In this document: positions 59,726 to 64,000 of the stretch, piece by piece
Layout: each line of letters opens with the position of its first letter
How positions within the stretch are numbered: position 1 is the stretch's first letter
Origin: Arcobacteraceae bacterium
Lineage (GTDB): Bacteria > Campylobacterota > Campylobacteria > Campylobacterales > Arcobacteraceae
Assembly (NCBI GenBank): GCA_048268245.1
Contig: JBLWVX010000006.1
Span: 32,001 to 96,000, forward strand
DNA: 64,000 nucleotides
Direction: 5' to 3'
The notes under the pieces: generated by a model
Databases searched by the model: none
What the model was told of the DNA's origin: nothing
Seen by the model: the letters and a program-made list of their open reading frames with translations, nothing else
Translations under genes and position numbers: made by a program

Positions 59726-60243
59726 TATTTATGATTATTTGTATTTTAAGTACTTTAAATGCAAGTAATTTAGTTTTAAAAGAAGGAAAGATTGAAGCTC
59801 ATACTGAAGTTTTTGGTGATAGTAATATTGATCCTTACACTACAAATATAAGCTCTAATATAGAGTTTGATAATACTATTTCAAACATAAAAGGAGCTAT
59901 TTGGTTTGATAGTATCAAATTAATTAGTGATAATCTTGATAGAGATAAAAATATGCATGAGTTATTAAAGTCCGAGATAAATCCAAAAATTAGTTTTGAT
60001 TTTATAAGTATCAAAAAAATTGATGAACAAAACTATGAGATAGAAGGATACTTGTCTTTAAATAAAGTAAGTAGAAAAGTAAAGAGTATGACAAAAATAA
60101 AAAAAGAAAAAGAGGATATTATATTTGATGGGACATTTAATATAAATCTAACTGATTTTAATTTAGAACCACCTACACTATTGTTTTTAACTGTTAGAGA
60201 TAGAATTGATATTAAATATATATTAGATTTCAAGGCAATGTAA
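59713..60243 (+). CDS. YceI-family lipid/isoprenoid-binding periplasmic protein
   Basis: Signal peptide, RD..M...L....P.I.F, G.L.LN, DF.LEPP motifs. Confidence 0.85.
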   Translation: MYKLIFMIICILSTLNASNLVLKEGKIEAHTEVFGDSNIDPYTTNISSNIEFDNTISNIKGAIWFDSIKLISDNLDRDKNMHELLKSEINPKISFDFISIKKIDEQNYEIEGYLSLNKVSRKVKSMTKIKKEKEDIIFDGTFNINLTDFNLEPPTLLFLTVRDRIDIKYILDFKAM

Positions 60244-60244
60244 T

Positions 60245-60709
60245 ATGAAAAAATTTGCAATAATAGTCTCTATATTATTTGTTAGTTATTCCTTTTGTAA
60301 TACCTATGAAGTAAGTAAAAAAATTGACAAGTTCTCTTTGTTTAATCAGTTTGATAAAAAAGTCACAATTGATGAAAATATAAAATATATGCTTGTTTCT
60401 TTTGGGAAAAATAGCTCTGAGACAATAAATGATTTTATTGAGGAGAATCAAAGGGTCTTAACAAAGAATAATATAGTATTTATTGCAAATATCTCAAAAA
60501 TGCCTTCAATCATTATAAAAATGTTTGCTATTCCTAAAATGAGAAGTTTTAAACATAATATCTTACTAGTATATGATGAGAACAACAATAACTTCAAAGA
60601 AAAGCAAAACTATATAACATTATATAAGTTAGATAAATTAGTGGTTAAAAAGATTGACTTTTTAGAATCAAAAGAGGATTTACAAAGAGTTTTCAATGAA
60701 AATCGATGA
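60245..60709 (+). CDS. Hypothetical exported protein
   Basis: Signal peptide; FSL.NQFDK, IANISKMP...FAIPKM. Confidence 0.7.
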   Translation: MKKFAIIVSILFVSYSFCNTYEVSKKIDKFSLFNQFDKKVTIDENIKYMLVSFGKNSSETINDFIEENQRVLTKNNIVFIANISKMPSIIIKMFAIPKMRSFKHNILLVYDENNNNFKEKQNYITLYKLDKLVVKKIDFLESKEDLQRVFNENR

Positions 60710-61415
60710 TATAAATAATTTAAATATTTCAGTAAGAAAATCATGTTTAGATAAATTTAAAATACTTCATATAAGTGATTTACATATAAATAAAAAGACA
60801 AATATTTTATCAATAAAAAAGCTTATAAATTTATGTGAAAATATAGACTATGATATTTTGGTAATTACAGGAGATATTATAGACTGTAAAGCTATTGTTA
60901 TTAAAGATAAACTAACACTATTAAATAGCTTAAAAAATGCATATTATATAAGTGGGAATCATGATTTATTTTATGGATTAAAAGATTTAAAAGACATATT
61001 AAATGGGATAGTTTTCCTAGATAATAAAATCGAGTTTTTAGAGTTTAACAATAAAAAAATAGCACTTGCAGGTCTAGGTGATAGATTTTCTAAGTTTTTT
61101 AGAATTAAAAGAAATGAAAAATCTTTATTAGATTTATTAGTAAAATATGAAAACACCATTTTACTTGCTCATCAGCCAAAAGATTATACATATGCAGTAA
61201 ATAATGATATAGATATTTTTTTATGTGGACATACACATGGTGGGCAAATTTATCCTTTCCACTATATAGTAAAATTATTTCAACCTTTTTTATATGGACT
61301 TCACTATGTAAATAAAACAGCAATTTATGTAAACAAAGGAATTGGCACTTGGGGTATAGATTTCAGATATAAAGCAAACAGTGAAATAACTCTTTTAAAT
61401 CTGGTTTATAAGTAG
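60696..61415 (+). CDS. Metallophosphoesterase (YkuE-like)
   Basis: SDLH, TGD, GNHD, AH.P and GHTHGGQ motifs. Confidence 0.92.
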   Translation: MKIDDINNLNISVRKSCLDKFKILHISDLHINKKTNILSIKKLINLCENIDYDILVITGDIIDCKAIVIKDKLTLLNSLKNAYYISGNHDLFYGLKDLKDILNGIVFLDNKIEFLEFNNKKIALAGLGDRFSKFFRIKRNEKSLLDLLVKYENTILLAHQPKDYTYAVNNDIDIFLCGHTHGGQIYPFHYIVKLFQPFLYGLHYVNKTAIYVNKGIGTWGIDFRYKANSEITLLNLVYK

Positions 61416-61417
61416 TA

Positions 61418-61449
61418 TTCATTTTAAATTCATATTTTTATAATATAAT
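61418..61449 (+). promoter_or_regulatory. Promoter with TTCAT-N6-TTCAT direct repeat (putative autoregulatory site)
   Basis: TTCAT at 61418 and 61429; TATAAT at 61444. Confidence 0.6.
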
Positions 61450-61477
61450 TTTTATAACTTATAAGAATAGGATATTT

Positions 61478-62149
61478 ATGAAAGTTTTGATAATTGAAGA
61501 TGATATAAAAATTATAAACTTTTTAAAAAAAGGCTTAGAAGAAGAGTCATATAGTGTTGATTTTAGCTTAGATGGTGATGAAGGTTTCTATCTTGCTAGC
61601 GTAAATGAGTATGATGTAATTTTATTAGATATCATGCTTCCAATAAAAGATGGTATTGAAGTCTGCAAAAGTTTAAGAACTCAAAATATAAATACTCCTA
61701 TTATAATGCTTACAGCAAAAAATAGTACAGAAGATACTATAAGAGGGCTTGATATAGGTGCAAATGACTATCTTGCAAAACCTTTTTCATTTAATGAGCT
61801 TTTAGCAAGAATAAGAGTTCAATTAAGAGTTAAAAGTGAAAATCAAACAACAATTTTAAAAATTGATGACTTACAATTAGACTTATTAACAAAAACTGCA
61901 CAAAGAGCAAATCAAAAAATAGAACTAACAGCAAAAGAGTTTTCTCTACTTGAATACTTAGTTCGAAATAAAAATAAAGTTTTATCAGAAAGTGTTATTT
62001 TATCTTCATTAAGTAATATGGAAGATAGTAATATAAGCAACATAATAAATGTATATATTTATAGATTAAGAAATAAAATAGATAAACCTTTTGAAAAAAA
62101 GCTTATTAAAACAGTTCGAGGAATGGGGTTTAAAATAAGTGAAGACTAA
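61478..62149 (+). CDS. OmpR-family response regulator (CusR/CzcR-like)
   Basis: IEDD, LDIMLP, GANDYLAKPF, LTAKEF and TVRGMG motifs. Confidence 0.93.
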   Translation: MKVLIIEDDIKIINFLKKGLEEESYSVDFSLDGDEGFYLASVNEYDVILLDIMLPIKDGIEVCKSLRTQNINTPIIMLTAKNSTEDTIRGLDIGANDYLAKPFSFNELLARIRVQLRVKSENQTTILKIDDLQLDLLTKTAQRANQKIELTAKEFSLLEYLVRNKNKVLSESVILSSLSNMEDSNISNIINVYIYRLRNKIDKPFEKKLIKTVRGMGFKISED

Positions 62150-63500
62150 TATATCAATAAAGAAAAAACTTTTAATTTACAATATTCTTATTCAGTTTAT
62201 TATATTGATAATCTTATCTTTTTCAATATATAAAACACTTAAAATTTCTACTTTAGATAAAATGCAAACATCATTAAAAGTCATTATTTTAGATGTGGTA
62301 GATGATATTTTAGATTACAAATCAAATCTTCATTTTGATTTATATAATGAAGAAAAAGAGTATAACTTTTCTCCTTTATATATAAGACTTGTTGAAAATA
62401 ATAAAGAGAAAAAAGTTATAAATAGTACAAACTTTCCTTTGGAAATATCAATAAATGATAAAGAAAAAAAGAAAAATAGTGTCTTTTTTAATGAATTAGA
62501 TGATTATATTGTTGGGAATATCATATTTGATATAGACAAAAAAGAGTATATAGTTCAAGTTGTAACAGACTATAAAATACTTAACTCAACCCTTGAAAAT
62601 CTATTTTATATACTACTTTTTATAATACCTATAGTATTGATTTTTTCAATTACTGGGGGTTACTTTTTGATTTATAAATCCTTTAAACCAATTGAAGAGA
62701 TTTTAAGCAGCTTAAAACTTATCAATGCTTCTGACTTATCACAAAGAGTTAAAAAACTACATAGTAATGATGAAGTAGATTTATTGATTGATGAAATAAA
62801 TAACCTACTTCAAAGATTAGAGATTTCATTTAAAAAAATAAATCAATTCAGTAGTGATGCATCACATGAGTTAAAAACACCATTAACTATAATAAGAGGT
62901 GAGATAGAAATTGCCCTTAGAAAAGATAGAGAGAACCATGAATACAAAAATAGTTTAGAAGTGTGTTTAGATGAAGTACTTAGAATTCAAAATACTATAG
63001 ATGATTTACTTTTCTTAGCAAAAAATGATACAAACACTTCTGATAACTATACGGATATTTATTTAGATGAAATAACTTTAGAATCAGCATCTGAACTAAA
63101 ATCTTATGCATTATCTAAAGAAATAACACTAGAAACAAACATTAAAGATATGAGTCAAATTAAAGGTTACCCTTCTTTATTAAAAGTGGCTATTAAAAAC
63201 CTGATCAAAAATGCTATTGATTTTAGTTTTGAAAATAGTAAGGTTAAAATTAGTTGTTACAAGGAAAATGACCTAACTGTAATTAGTGTAGAAGACACTG
63301 GAATTGGTATTGCTAAAGAAGAACAAGATAGGATTTTTGAAGAGTTTTATAGAACAGATAAAAGCAGAAATAAAAATTCAGGTGGAACAGGACTTGGTAT
63401 GGCTATTTGTAATAAAATAGTAAAAAATCACAATGGAAGTATTAAATTAACTAGTGAAATAAATACAGGAACAATAGTTAAAATATATTTTAAGCGTTAA
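62139..63500 (+). CDS. HAMP sensor histidine kinase (CusS/CzcS-like)
   Basis: Two TMs, HAMP, SHELKTPL, N box, GTGLG. Confidence 0.93.
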   Translation: MKTNISIKKKLLIYNILIQFIILIILSFSIYKTLKISTLDKMQTSLKVIILDVVDDILDYKSNLHFDLYNEEKEYNFSPLYIRLVENNKEKKVINSTNFPLEISINDKEKKKNSVFFNELDDYIVGNIIFDIDKKEYIVQVVTDYKILNSTLENLFYILLFIIPIVLIFSITGGYFLIYKSFKPIEEILSSLKLINASDLSQRVKKLHSNDEVDLLIDEINNLLQRLEISFKKINQFSSDASHELKTPLTIIRGEIEIALRKDRENHEYKNSLEVCLDEVLRIQNTIDDLLFLAKNDTNTSDNYTDIYLDEITLESASELKSYALSKEITLETNIKDMSQIKGYPSLLKVAIKNLIKNAIDFSFENSKVKISCYKENDLTVISVEDTGIGIAKEEQDRIFEEFYRTDKSRNKNSGGTGLGMAICNKIVKNHNGSIKLTSEINTGTIVKIYFKR

Positions 63501-63503
63501 TTG

Positions 63504-64000
63504 ATGAATATAAAAGAAAAAGTAAAGTTTATTTTTTTAGTAATTGTTTTCTCAATAATAGTGATATTTGTGATTAATAGCTTAACTTTATATCAAGTTA
63601 AAGAAAATAATGAAACAAAAAGCAATATTTCTAATTTAGTTTATACTTAACATAAAATGAATAGTTTAGTAAAAGACTTACTAAATACAAAAACTATAAA
63701 TGAAATCAATAACATCAAAAAAGAGTTTGTTAGCTTTGAACAGCAATTTGAAAAGATACTAGATATATTTGAAAATGATACTACTAAGGACTTTATAGAT
63801 AACTTTATAAAAGATATTCATAAATATGATGAGATAAAAATGAACCTTGAAAAATATTTACAAAATGAAATATTTTCTATTGTAAATAAAAATACAAAGT
63901 TTTTAAATGAAACTAAAAATAATATAGATAGATTGTCTGAAAATTTTATTGATAAGTTTTACTATACAGTATTATTTATTTTAGTTCTTACTGTAGTGTT
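63504..64000 (+). pseudogene. Membrane sensor-like gene with in-frame TAA at 63648-63650, runs off the window
   Basis: MNIKEKVKFIFLVIVFSIIVIFVINSL...VYT*HKMNSLV...; the same frame stays open after the stop up to a second hydrophobic segment at the window end. Confidence 0.6.

Noticed and set aside
2343..61323. Short antisense or alternate-frame ORFs in the track (e.g. 2343-2549, 3325-3654, 7188-7391, 8099-8284, 12153-12341, 19125-19403, 31676-31906, 32033-32305, 38536-38730, 56623-57069, 60033-60260, 60971-61323)
   Set aside because: They lie within or across confident genes, have no recognisable motifs and show shadow-ORF composition

Overview
AT-rich chromosomal window from a Campylobacterota bacterium, most likely Arcobacteraceae (inferred from gene content and protein sequences). 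About 1-47 kb is mostly housekeeping: ribB, a four-tRNA operon, glyS, rsmG, ribA, hemB, class III RNR, argF, hemN, lgt, polA, kdsB, lptB, tsaE, trpD, argG, dut, recR, dnaJ, trpB and thiD. Main points of interest: (1) a self-contained four-gene operon at 29.1-35.3 kb pairing two RimK-like ATP-grasp ligases, one fused to tandem ComEA-type helix-hairpin-helix domains, with cytoplasmic M20 and M14 carboxypeptidases, a candidate reversible peptide-tagging or poly-amino-acid system; (2) an operon at 55.5-63.5 kb around a heme-copper-oxidase-like membrane protein that keeps its heme histidines but appears to lack the CuB/FeB His-His pair, with an ABC transporter, YceI and an OmpR-type two-component system whose TTCAT-N6-TTCAT boxes precede both promoters; (3) a split anaerobic RNR whose glycyl-radical motif is on a separate 54-aa ORF missing from the ORF track; (4) a decaying photo-oxidative-stress/furan-fatty-acid-like cluster at 48-55.5 kb with several in-frame deletions and a frameshift; (5) an HTH-fused dimeric dUTPase preceded by a small four-Cys protein. 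No CRISPR array, rRNA, IS element or prophage was seen. All protein assignments come from motif recognition by eye, not database searches.
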